Source of the DNA: an uncultured delta proteobacterium
Lineage (GTDB): Bacteria > Myxococcota_A > Polyangia > Polyangiales > Polyangiaceae
Direction: 5' to 3'
NCBI GenBank assembly: GCA_963716725.1
Contig: CAVQUB010000013.1
Location: forward strand, 256,001 to 320,000
Length of the DNA: 64,000 bases
Under the pieces are notes generated by a model. It was given only the letters and a program-made list of their open reading frames with translations. It was not told the DNA's origin and did no database searches. Both the position numbers and the translations under genes were made by a program. Every line of letters starts with the position of its first letter. Positions within the stretch are counted from its first letter, which is position 1. Below are positions 28,519 to 37,653 of this stretch, in pieces.

Positions 28519-28777
28519 GGGCAACGAGTTCTGCAACTTCCCGGACGAGTGCGGCCTGGTCAAGACGGGCTACTGCACGGTGAAGCCGACCGCCTGCGAC
28601 GCCGCCTGCCCGGGGGTGTGCGGCTGCGACGGGAAGAGCTACTGCAGCCAGTGCGAGGCTCACAAGGCGGGCGTGGACGTGGACCCCAACTCGAGCGAGT
28701 GCACCCCGAGCGACTCGGGCGCGGATTCCGCAACGGACGCCGCAGCCGACACCGGCACCGACGAAGCGGCGGACTGA
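28519..28777 (+). pseudogene. 5'-truncated Kazal-like Cys-rich protein fragment
   Basis: FCNFPDECG...C...CPGVCGCDGKSYCSQCEAHKAGV plus acidic tail; no in-frame start or signal peptide between the dapA start and the domain. Confidence 0.55.
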
Positions 28778-28782
28778 TTCAG

Positions 28783-30069
28783 TCAGCGCCTGCGGAGGGA
28801 CGCGACGAAGTAGCCATCGGTGCCGTGAGCGAGCGGTAGGAGGCGCACGCTCGTGACGCCTTGCAGAACGTCGAGCCCGCTCGAGTCGAAGGGCACCGGC
28901 TCGAGCAGATCATCGACGCGGGCGAGAACGTCTTCGGCTTCTTCCCGGAACGCGCTGCAGACCGCATACACCACGCGCCCGCCCGGGCCCGCCAGACCGG
29001 CAGCGTTGCGCAAGATGCGAGTTTGCAGCTCTCCCATGCGCGCGGGATCGTCGGGCCCGAGCCGCAGCGCGATTTCGGGCCGCCGGCGCAGCGTGCCGCT
29101 GCCAGTACAGGGTGCATCCACCAGAATTCTCCGAAAATCTCCGGGCAGATCGCCCACGCCCACGGACAAGTCGACCGCCGTCGTGCGCGCCTCGATCAGC
29201 CCGAGCCGGCGATGCTCGCTCGTGAGCCGCGCGAGCTTCCCGGGGTGAAGATCGCTGGCCCAGAGCTCGCCGCGGCCCTCGAGCATCTCGGAGATCAAGC
29301 TGCTCTTGTGCCCCCGCCCCGCGCAGGCGTCGAGCACGCGGTCTCCGGGACGCGCGCCGAGCGCCAGCGCGACCACCTGCGCACCCTCTTCTTGCACCAC
29401 GAAGCTCGTGCCATCCCCAGGTCGGCGGCGTGGATCGCCTTCGCCGCGCGTCAGGCGCGCCAGCGGCGAGACGCGCCCGCGCTCGGCTTGTTCGAGCCAG
29501 TCGGGCAACGCCCGACCAGGACGAACCCGGACTGCGACTGCCGGCTCGCCTCCCGCCGCACCAACCAGCGCGCGCATTTCGTCCGCACCCACGTCGCGCT
29601 CGAGCCGCCGGCGCAGCCACTCCGGAGCGCTCTCCAGGATCGCCGCGTCGCGGTCGAGCGAGATGCCGCCCGCCGCGACCTTGCGCAGGACCGCGTTGGC
29701 AAAGCCCGCGAGCTTCGGCCCACGCTCGGCTCGGACCAAGCTCACCGCGGCGTCCACGGCCGCAAAGGCCGGAACTCGATCGAGGAGCAGGATCTGATAG
29801 GCGGCGATCAAGAGGTGCACCCGCGCCGCGCGGTCGGTCTTGTCGAGACCGCGCGGGATGTGTTTGGTGAGCCGCGCGGAGAGCGCGCCGAGAGTGCGAA
29901 GGCTGCCGTAGGTGAGCTCGGTGGCTAGAGCACGCTCCCGGGGGTCGAGCCCAGGGCGGCGCTCGAACTCTGCGGCGAGAGCCGCCGCGGCGTAGGCGCG
30001 GTCCTGCTCCACGCGCGCCAGCACGCGCGCCGCAATGGCCCGTCCACTCGATCCGTCCGGGGACCTCAT
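28783..30069 (-). CDS. rsmB: 16S rRNA m5C967 methyltransferase (NusB-like + RsmB/NOP)
   Basis: ELTYGSLR, FANAVLRK, VLDACAGRGHK, LVDAPCTGSGTLRRRPE, YAVCS, TDGYFVA. Confidence 0.92.
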   Translation of the reverse strand: MRSPDGSSGRAIAARVLARVEQDRAYAAAALAAEFERRPGLDPRERALATELTYGSLRTLGALSARLTKHIPRGLDKTDRAARVHLLIAAYQILLLDRVPAFAAVDAAVSLVRAERGPKLAGFANAVLRKVAAGGISLDRDAAILESAPEWLRRRLERDVGADEMRALVGAAGGEPAVAVRVRPGRALPDWLEQAERGRVSPLARLTRGEGDPRRRPGDGTSFVVQEEGAQVVALALGARPGDRVLDACAGRGHKSSLISEMLEGRGELWASDLHPGKLARLTSEHRRLGLIEARTTAVDLSVGVGDLPGDFRRILVDAPCTGSGTLRRRPEIALRLGPDDPARMGELQTRILRNAAGLAGPGGRVVYAVCSAFREEAEDVLARVDDLLEPVPFDSSGLDVLQGVTSVRLLPLAHGTDGYFVASLRRR

Positions 30070-31742
30070 CCGACGATCTCGCGCAACTGCCCCACAATGA
30101 CGTCCCAACGCTTCTCGATGTCGTTCTTGAACGCGAGAACCATCAACCCAAAGAGGATTGCCATGCCGACAATATGAGCGATCTCGCGCGTTCGCAGGGG
30201 CAGCGGTCGTCGCAGCACCCCCTCGATGGCAAAGAACATCAGGTGGCCACCATCGAGCACCGGGATGGGCAAGAGGTTGAGAAGCCCGAGGTTGATGCTG
30301 ATCAGCGCCATGACCCAGATGAAGAAGTCCGGCCCCTTCCTGCCCTCTTCACCGGCCACTTCGTAGATGGTGATGGGACCCGATAGCGTCTTGAGACTCA
30401 CTCGACCCTGAATCACTCGCACGATGCTAACCAGGGTGAAGCGCGTCACGTCGATCGTTTCCTCGACGGCCTTGGACAGCGCGTAGCGCAGCGGAGACGG
30501 GTGCGCTACGAAGTCCTCTGGAGCGAGTGGCAACCAGTTCTTGACGTGCAGAACGTAGCGCGCGAAAGCCTGACCGTGCTCGTCGACGATGTCCTCGCGC
30601 CGCATCTGGAAAGTACCGCTCTTCTCCCGCCCCTCTTTCGCCGATAGGTAGTCGATCTTGTGCGGGCGATCGGGCGACGCCACGAGCCGCTCGCGAAAGG
30701 TGGACCACGCCGGCAGCGGCTCTCCATCCAGGTTCAGGATCTTGTCCCCAGGCCGAAGCCCCGCCTTCGCGAGATAGCTCGCGTCGGGAACGACCGCTGC
30801 GTAGAGATCGGCGAGTTCCATCCCGGTCAAGCTCATCAGATCCGTACCCGAAGGATCCGGAGTGAGGGCCACCACCCCAGACTCGAAGACCGCCATCTCC
30901 GCGAGCCCGCCGAGCGCGTTGCCGAGGGGGGTGGGCCGAAGGTAGGTCACGGGCACCGTTTCGCCGCGATTCTCGGCAAAGGCGACCTCCAAATCGCGGA
31001 AGCGGCGGACCGGTTGTCCGGCGACGTGCGTGACGACGTCGAAGGTGCGAAGGCCGGCCCGAAAGGCCGGCGACTCCGTGCTCGGAACGCCGATCACCGC
31101 TGCGGGGGCGCTCGGCTGGATACCGATGGTCCCGACGCGTTCGATGACGTCGAGCTCGCGGCGCTCGATGGTTTCTTCCGCGACGACCTCCACCTCGACG
31201 TGTTTGCTATCGCGGAACACCTTGAAGCGGAGCGCTTGTCCCGGGTTCTTCGAGATGATGCGCTTGAGTTCGTCGAAGGTGCCGACGTCCTGCCCGTTCA
31301 CGCTCATGATGCGATCGCCCGGAATGAGCTTGCCCGCGGCGGGATGCCCGGGCAGCACCACCCCGACGGTCGGCGGCAAGAACGGCCCGTCGGTGACGAA
31401 GACGGAGAAATAGAGCAGTACCGGAAACACCAAGTTCATCACCGGCCCCGCGAGCACGACCACGATGCGCTTGTACACGGGCAAGGACTCGAAGGTGCGC
31501 TGCCGGTCTTCTGGAAGAACGATGTCGCTCTTCGAGGCCTCCAACATCTTCACGTAGCCGCCGAGCGGGATCAGACTGATGCAGTACTCCGTCTCGCGTC
31601 CGCGCAGCTTCAGCACCTTGGGCCCGAACCCCAGACTGAAGGTGATCACCTTCACACCGAACGCTTTTGCAAACGCGAAGTGCCCGAGCTCGTGCACGAA
31701 AATCAGCGAGCTGATGAGGATGACGAAGTAGAGGAGGTCCAC
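30066..31742 (-). CDS. rseP: Intramembrane zinc metalloprotease with several PDZ domains
   Basis: HELGH, FSLGFGP, PLGGYVKM, AGPVMN, NLLPIPVLDGG. Confidence 0.95.
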   Translation of the reverse strand: MDLLYFVILISSLIFVHELGHFAFAKAFGVKVITFSLGFGPKVLKLRGRETEYCISLIPLGGYVKMLEASKSDIVLPEDRQRTFESLPVYKRIVVVLAGPVMNLVFPVLLYFSVFVTDGPFLPPTVGVVLPGHPAAGKLIPGDRIMSVNGQDVGTFDELKRIISKNPGQALRFKVFRDSKHVEVEVVAEETIERRELDVIERVGTIGIQPSAPAAVIGVPSTESPAFRAGLRTFDVVTHVAGQPVRRFRDLEVAFAENRGETVPVTYLRPTPLGNALGGLAEMAVFESGVVALTPDPSGTDLMSLTGMELADLYAAVVPDASYLAKAGLRPGDKILNLDGEPLPAWSTFRERLVASPDRPHKIDYLSAKEGREKSGTFQMRREDIVDEHGQAFARYVLHVKNWLPLAPEDFVAHPSPLRYALSKAVEETIDVTRFTLVSIVRVIQGRVSLKTLSGPITIYEVAGEEGRKGPDFFIWVMALISINLGLLNLLPIPVLDGGHLMFFAIEGVLRRPLPLRTREIAHIVGMAILFGLMVLAFKNDIEKRWDVIVGQLREIVG

Positions 31743-31873
31743 TCTTGGAGCACGGCTCTAGCCGATGGCCCGGCGCCAATCAAACCCCAGGGGGCGCGCG
31801 TCTTCGCTGATCCAACGCCCGGCGCCGCTGCATCCCCGGACGCTCCGAGGGAAAAGTGTTCTAAAACCACCCC

Positions 31874-32356
31874 ATGACCGACCGACCCGGAAAAACCGTG
31901 AGTGCCTCCCGCGTCGAGCTCTGCCAGCTGATGCTGCCCGAGCACGCCAACGCCTACGGCAACGTACACGGCGGGCTCATCATGAAGATGGTGGACGAGA
32001 CCGGCGGCATCGCCGCCATGCGCCACGCGCAGCGTCCCTGCGTCACGGTCGCCATGGACGAAATGTCGTTCGTATCACCGGTGCACGTCGGCGAACTGCT
32101 CTGCTGCAAGGCCAGCGTGAACTTTGCTGGCAAGACTTCGGTGGAGGTCGGTGTCCACGTGCACGCGGAGAACCCCATCACGGGCCGGACCACCCACACC
32201 AACTCGGCCTACCTGGTGTACGTGGCCATCGACGACGCCGGAAAGCCGTGCGCGGTGCCACCGCTGGTGATCGAGACCGACGAAGAGCGTCGTCGATGGG
32301 AAGGCGCAAGTGCACGTCAAGCGACACGCCTGGCGCAGCGCAAGAAGAAGCGCTGA
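31874..32356 (+). CDS. Acyl-CoA thioesterase (hotdog fold, YciA-like)
   Basis: PEHANAYGNVHGG.IMKMVDE, PVHVG, GKTSVEVGV, YVAID. Confidence 0.92.
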   Translation: MTDRPGKTVSASRVELCQLMLPEHANAYGNVHGGLIMKMVDETGGIAAMRHAQRPCVTVAMDEMSFVSPVHVGELLCCKASVNFAGKTSVEVGVHVHAENPITGRTTHTNSAYLVYVAIDDAGKPCAVPPLVIETDEERRRWEGASARQATRLAQRKKKR

Positions 32357-32521
32357 CACCGCGCTCGCAGCGACGCTCGGACCAGAACGCCGACTCAAGA
32401 GCTGTCGAAAATTCGACAGCTCTTTCACTTTGTCATCGGGGAGGCACGCGCCTCCCCGCCCCACCGAAGTGAATTCGTTGGGGCCCCACCCCACGCGACG
32501 CGCTTCGCGATACCCGACGGG

Positions 32522-33988
32522 CTCATGATTGATCGGATCCCATCTGGGACCGGGCAGCTCGGAAGCCGATCTCGTAGTCGAGGAGCTTCTGGTAGCCCCG
32601 TCCTAACGTTTGCCACCCGGGTGCGCCGTTGTTCTTCAGATGCCCGCCGAGTCGCGCGACAGCGAATAGCGCTTGCTCAATGGTCTGCGGGACGGCCGGG
32701 AGGCGGAGCTTGAACTTTATGAGGAGCAACTGGGGCTCACTCAGGATCGTTGTTGCCGGTTGCTCGGGTGCGACGCGGGCTAACGAGCGCATGAGCAACA
32801 GGCGCCAGGCGATGGGCAGGAACACGGCGAGCGCGTTGCTCAGTGCCTGATACGACTCGAGCTGTCGTTTCTCGAGAGAACACCCTTGCTTGAGTGCCTT
32901 GAAGAACTCTTCGATCACCCACCGACTGCGGTAACAGTCCACGACGGTCGCGAGTTCGGCGACGGTGTCAATGGGTTCGGTAGTGAGCAGCACCCACTCG
33001 ACCGACTGCTCGCCTTCTGGTGGTTGGAGTTCCCAGACTCGAACCACGTTGAGTTCGATGCTGCGCGTCTCATGTCGAGTGTTGCGGGGGCGCAGCACAG
33101 TCAAACGTTTGCCTGCCACGGCGACCTCCGCGCTCCGGGCGTTGCGAGACGGGTGCTCTTTTGCAGCATGCGCGCGACTGCTCGGTTTCCTCGATGACAC
33201 CGAGATCGTGCGAAAAAACTGCGGTTCGAGCGTTGAGATTGCACTGCGCAAGCAGATGCCTATTTCCTCAGTTACTCGGTCGTGAGCCGAACGGATGACG
33301 TAGCGCGCACCGAGTTCCTGCGCCTTCGCCAGGACCTCGAAAATGTCCGCTTCGCGGTCCATCACGTGAATGAGCGCGCTGCCGGGGCAGCGTGCATGGA
33401 CGGCCTCGAGCATGGCCGGCCAGCGCAGTGATTCGCGCTCGGGGTCTCTCCGACTGACAGACCGGCGGCGCCCGCGTCCACCCTTGTGTACGAGGCGGAC
33501 GTGTCGCTGTAGACCCAGAACTCCGAGTGGCACTCGCTCCTCGCCGGGAAGCACGGCCAGCGCCACGTGTGCGAGAAACCCCTGGCTGCCGCCGGACGTG
33601 ACGCCCAACCCAGCTCGCCGACTGGCGCCGCCGAGCGATACTTCGGTCGTATCGTGCGCGACGATACACAGGCCAGCGGAACTCACACGCTCCACCGTCG
33701 CCGACAGGTGCGGGTCAAGGATCTGCTCCGCGTCGAACTGCTCGTTGCGCAGGAATCGGTAGACTCCCTCAAGCTCGGACGGAGTGTCGACAGCCTGCGG
33801 AAACCCAACACCGGGCGCCGCCATCAGTTTCTCAGCGAGCCAACCGAGCCTGTCACTGCGCCGCTTATCGCCGAGCTGAGAGCCCTCGAACTCGTCCGAA
33901 ATCGACCGCCCTAACCATTCTGTTGCCGGCATTTCTCCCGTAGATCACACGCGCCGTCCGCTCGCAATGAGATGTGTTTGATCATGAG
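32522..33988 (-). mobile_element. IS4-family (IS50/Tn5-like) insertion sequence, 1467 bp
   Basis: Imperfect terminal IRs starting CTCATGAT; 8-bp target duplication CCGACGGG at 32514-32521 and 33989-33996. Confidence 0.9.
32523..33932 (-). CDS. IS4-family DDE transposase
   Basis: LGDKRR..R N-terminal DNA-binding motif, HDTT, DREAD, WVLLTT, YRSRWVIEEFFKALKQGC, LGG...PGWQTL.RG dimerisation motif. Confidence 0.95.
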   Translation of the reverse strand: MPATEWLGRSISDEFEGSQLGDKRRSDRLGWLAEKLMAAPGVGFPQAVDTPSELEGVYRFLRNEQFDAEQILDPHLSATVERVSSAGLCIVAHDTTEVSLGGASRRAGLGVTSGGSQGFLAHVALAVLPGEERVPLGVLGLQRHVRLVHKGGRGRRRSVSRRDPERESLRWPAMLEAVHARCPGSALIHVMDREADIFEVLAKAQELGARYVIRSAHDRVTEEIGICLRSAISTLEPQFFRTISVSSRKPSSRAHAAKEHPSRNARSAEVAVAGKRLTVLRPRNTRHETRSIELNVVRVWELQPPEGEQSVEWVLLTTEPIDTVAELATVVDCYRSRWVIEEFFKALKQGCSLEKRQLESYQALSNALAVFLPIAWRLLLMRSLARVAPEQPATTILSEPQLLLIKFKLRLPAVPQTIEQALFAVARLGGHLKNNGAPGWQTLGRGYQKLLDYEIGFRAARSQMGSDQS

Positions 33989-34043
33989 CCGACGGGGTGG
34001 GCCGGCTCCGCCGGCCTGCGCTCCGCCATTCTTCGACAGACCT

Positions 34044-34919
34044 TCAGCGCAACATGCCAGGCAGCACGCAGCGTACCGCCGCCGTGGTAGCCGGCTCGTC
34101 CACCGGGTGTGGTCGTGGCGGCCCCGGACGCTGACACGTCAGCGCGAACCCGAGCACGGACGACGCCGATGCGACGCTGCGCGCCGCGCAGGGCAGCTTG
34201 CCTCGAGTCGCATCCCAATCGAAGCCCGGCGCGGGACAGCTCTCTCCAACGTCGAGCAGCGTCACCCCGGCGTCAGTCGCGAAGGGTGCGGCGCCGCACT
34301 GCACGATGGTGTCCCAGGGGATCGCACGCCGCTCTCCGCTGGGGTACATGCCGACCCGGCATTTGGCGACAGTCGGGGTTTCACAGGGCTCCTCGCTGAC
34401 CCACTCTGCCAGGCGAGTCAGCTCGAAGTGCGGCGGTTCAGTGGGTGACTGGCTGACGATCACGGCGGCCAGTCCGAGGCTCACCTCAGCCCGCGCTCGC
34501 TCGGCGCGCGTCGGGAGGCGACCGGCGAAGCGCATGTAGCACCAGCCCTGGGCGCTGTTGGCGTCGGTGACGAACGCCGACGTGCTCGGGACCTGGTCCG
34601 GCGTACGAGGGTCACCAGCCGTCGGGTGATGGAGCGGAGTGACGCTGGGGCAGCGCAGGGTCGCGTTCTCGCCCTTCGCGCAAGTCAGCGCATGGGCAGC
34701 GATCCAGAAGGGTTCGAAGGCCAGGCCGGGGACCGGCAGATCCTTGGGGCACAGCTTCGAGAATGGGATCCCGAGCTTCTCGGTGGTGCGTGGCTCGCAC
34801 TCGGCTGCGGGCGCGTCCGCTGCGTCACGAGCTTCTGTGCGGGGGTCGTTGTCACAACTACGGCAGCCCGAGAGCGTGAGCGCGAGCAGCGCGCATGGGA
34901 GCACCGACCCGCGAATCAT
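34044..34919 (-). CDS. Hypothetical lipoprotein with degenerate FGE-sulfatase-like motifs
   Basis: LTLSGC lipobox; AQGWC...GRLPTRAE, LAEWV, terminal RCV; ATGA overlap with the upstream gene. Confidence 0.6.
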   Translation of the reverse strand: MIRGSVLPCALLALTLSGCRSCDNDPRTEARDAADAPAAECEPRTTEKLGIPFSKLCPKDLPVPGLAFEPFWIAAHALTCAKGENATLRCPSVTPLHHPTAGDPRTPDQVPSTSAFVTDANSAQGWCYMRFAGRLPTRAERARAEVSLGLAAVIVSQSPTEPPHFELTRLAEWVSEEPCETPTVAKCRVGMYPSGERRAIPWDTIVQCGAAPFATDAGVTLLDVGESCPAPGFDWDATRGKLPCAARSVASASSVLGFALTCQRPGPPRPHPVDEPATTAAVRCVLPGMLR

Positions 34920-35608
34920 CCCTCCACGGGCTCCGCTGGACTCGACGTTGCCCGGGCTCGTTGGGCCTTGCGGATGCGCAGCCGTCCGATGACGAGATGA
35001 GCGATCGCGACCACCAAGATACCCGTCGCGAACCCGGCCAGGAGGTAGCTGCCCGTCCCCGGGTAGGCGTGGGTCGCAAAGTTTCCAACTTGCTTGTGTC
35101 CCCACATGGCCGGCATGAACGGCGCCACCGTGATCGGTGCGTCCGGCGACAAATCGTGACCGTAGGAGTGCATCTTGTGCACGAAGCGAAAGATCGAGAA
35201 CCCACCGAAATAGATCACCAGCACGGCTAAATCGACCAGTGCGCGCACGTTGCCCAGGGCGGCGACCCGCACCAAGAGCAGCCCCAGCGCGCCAAACCCG
35301 AAGGGCAGCCAGTCGAGCTCGGTGAACATTGCGCGCTCGAGCTTCTGCATGCCGATGTAGTGGTTCAGGATGTTGATCTCTTTGATGTCTGCGCCGTCGT
35401 GCCCGCCGACGATGGTATGCGCGAATACGTGAAGCGACAGGCCCTTGGGGTACTGCGGAGCCTGCATTTCGATGTGCCAGAGCGGGTGCATCAAGCCGAT
35501 GACGAGGGGTATCAGCAGCAGCAGCAGGATCGGCCGCGACCACAGGTACACCGGCTCGTCGACGAAGGCGTAAAACCCATCCAGCGCCCGCTTGATCCGC
35601 TCCCTCAT
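34916..35608 (-). CDS. NosB-like membrane protein (family found in clade II nosZ clusters)
   Basis: PLWHIEMQAPQYPKGL, EINILNHYIGM, YGHDLSPDAPI; about 4 TM segments. Confidence 0.72.
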   Translation of the reverse strand: MRERIKRALDGFYAFVDEPVYLWSRPILLLLLIPLVIGLMHPLWHIEMQAPQYPKGLSLHVFAHTIVGGHDGADIKEINILNHYIGMQKLERAMFTELDWLPFGFGALGLLLVRVAALGNVRALVDLAVLVIYFGGFSIFRFVHKMHSYGHDLSPDAPITVAPFMPAMWGHKQVGNFATHAYPGTGSYLLAGFATGILVVAIAHLVIGRLRIRKAQRARATSSPAEPVEG

Positions 35609-35649
35609 CCGGGCATCTTCGCACCAATCCCCGGGAGGTTCGAGGGGGG

Positions 35650-37422
35650 TCAGCGCGGACCTACGCCGAGGGCCGCGACCGCGGCCAAGCGTACGTCGGC
35701 GTGCTGGCTCTCGACGGCCCGGGCCAGCGCAATTCGTGCGCCCTCCGTCTTCATCCGACGCAGCACCCGGACCAACTCGACCCCCAGCTCTCGAGGTGCT
35801 TGGGCGAACAGGTCACCGATCTGCTCTTCGTATCCGGCGCTGCTGCGCGCCAAGTAGGCCCGCAAGATGTCCTTGAGTTCACCGTCGGGCACCGCGGTCA
35901 GGTTCTCGAGCACTACGCCCGCGTGCGCGTCGCCCAAGAAGTCGACCAACATGCCGATGGCCGCCGCGCTCACCGCGCGATCGACCCCGGGGGTAGCCGC
36001 GTTCGCGAGCAGCGCGCCCAGAGCCCGCGTGGACACCACCGCGCTGGCGAACGACCGACGGACTGCATCATTGTCGAATTGGCTGGCGTCATCGACGGCG
36101 TTGCACAAAGCCAAGAGCAGGTGCATCGCCGCGTCGGGAGCCCGGGTCGCAAGTCGACGCAGGCCGGTGCGGATGGGTTCGGTGACGGACTCGGTGGTGC
36201 CCTGCGGGATCGCCCGCCGGTACGCCCGCACGACCGACTCGGCGAAACGCTCGTCCACGATCGACTCGGCCTCGACGCGACGCGAGATGGGCTTGCTCGT
36301 CGGTGACGGTCGCTCGACACCGGGAGCAGAGGGAGACCCGTCCCCCGCGCGCGGCAGAGGTTCGGGCTCGAGCAAGTCGTCGAGATCGACCTCGACTTCA
36401 TCCCCGATCTCGATCTCGACTTCGTCGGTCACCACCGGCGATGACGTCTGGGATGGCTCCACGTCGCCGGCCACCGTGGCCGCTTCGTAGGCTGACGGGG
36501 GCGGCGGCCTCGACCCGGTACCCGCGCGCTCGACCAGGCCGCTGTCACCGATTTCGCGCCGTACGACCCGGAGCACGCCCAGCATCGTCTCGGCGTCCGG
36601 GAAGCGTCGCTTGGGATCGAAGGCCAGCGCTCGATCGACCAGGCGCACCAATGAGAGCGGTGCCTTGGCCACCCGAGCCAGCGACGGCGCCGACATGGTC
36701 GCCGCTCGAATCAACAACTCGCTGCCCATTCCGGAGCCGTGCACCAGGCGGCCGCTCAAGAGCAGAAACAGTAGCGCGCCAACCGCCCAGAGATCCGTGC
36801 GCGCATCTACTTCGGACCAACGGCCCAGCGCTTGCTCCGGCGCCATGAACGACGGAGTGCCCATGATGATCCCGGTGCGCGTCTGACCGCGATCGTTGGC
36901 TTGGTCGAGCATGCGCGCGATGCCAAAGTCCAGCACCTTGATCTCGCCGTCGGAGGTGAGAAACACGTTCTCGGGTTTGAGATCTCGGTGCACGATCCCG
37001 AGCCCGTGAGCGACGACCAAGACCTCGACCACGTGCTCAGCGACGTGAAGCGCGTCCCGGACGGTCAGCCGCCCTCGCTGCTGTTCGAGCAACTGGTCGA
37101 TGGACTGACCCCGCAAGAGTTCCATCAAGATGTAGGGCTCGCCATCGTGGCTCGTACCGTCGCCTCGGATGGCAACCACGCCGGGGTGCTCGATCTTGTT
37201 GGCGATGTACGCCTCGCGCTGGAAGCGGGACCTCACCACCGGCGTCTTGGAGAGATGGTGGTGGATGAGCTTGATGGCCGCGCGCTCGCCAGAGCCGTCG
37301 ACGGCGGCGTAGACCGCCGCCATGCCGCCTATTCCGAGCAGACGCCGGAGTTGCCAGGTTCCGTCGATGACGGCACCGAGCCTACGCTCACAGCGCGAAA
37401 GGAGCTCGTCGTCGGAAGGCAT
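35650..37422 (-). CDS. Ser/Thr protein kinase with C-terminal HEAT-like helical region
   Basis: [34 protein letters not shown]. Confidence 0.93.
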   Translation of the reverse strand: MPSDDELLSRCERRLGAVIDGTWQLRRLLGIGGMAAVYAAVDGSGERAAIKLIHHHLSKTPVVRSRFQREAYIANKIEHPGVVAIRGDGTSHDGEPYILMELLRGQSIDQLLEQQRGRLTVRDALHVAEHVVEVLVVAHGLGIVHRDLKPENVFLTSDGEIKVLDFGIARMLDQANDRGQTRTGIIMGTPSFMAPEQALGRWSEVDARTDLWAVGALLFLLLSGRLVHGSGMGSELLIRAATMSAPSLARVAKAPLSLVRLVDRALAFDPKRRFPDAETMLGVLRVVRREIGDSGLVERAGTGSRPPPPSAYEAATVAGDVEPSQTSSPVVTDEVEIEIGDEVEVDLDDLLEPEPLPRAGDGSPSAPGVERPSPTSKPISRRVEAESIVDERFAESVVRAYRRAIPQGTTESVTEPIRTGLRRLATRAPDAAMHLLLALCNAVDDASQFDNDAVRRSFASAVVSTRALGALLANAATPGVDRAVSAAAIGMLVDFLGDAHAGVVLENLTAVPDGELKDILRAYLARSSAGYEEQIGDLFAQAPRELGVELVRVLRRMKTEGARIALARAVESQHADVRLAAVAALGVGPR

Positions 37423-37653
37423 GCTCGGGGATCGGAGCCAGTCTACCCAGCCTCGCTTCGCTCCGTGGTGCAGATCCTACGGCTCCGCCAGGGCGGCCTA
37501 GAAAACCCGCGGAATTGGTGGTTTTTGTGGGCCAAGCGCCGGCGGGACGCTTGGCCCTGGCGTGCTCGGGCACGAGGCATTAGCTTCCAGCGACTTTTCG
37601 CGGTCTGCCGTCGCCGTTGGGGCGCCGGGACGACACGCAAATAGAGAGTCTCG

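Larger units (their letters stand above)
32398..34043. mobile_element. MITE-like structured element (~171 bp once the nested IS is removed) flanked by TCA direct repeats
   Basis: Ends AGAGCTGTCGAAAAT and TTCTTCGACAGACCT are imperfect inverted repeats (11/15); TCA at 32395-32397 and 34044-34046; several internal hairpins. Confidence 0.55.
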
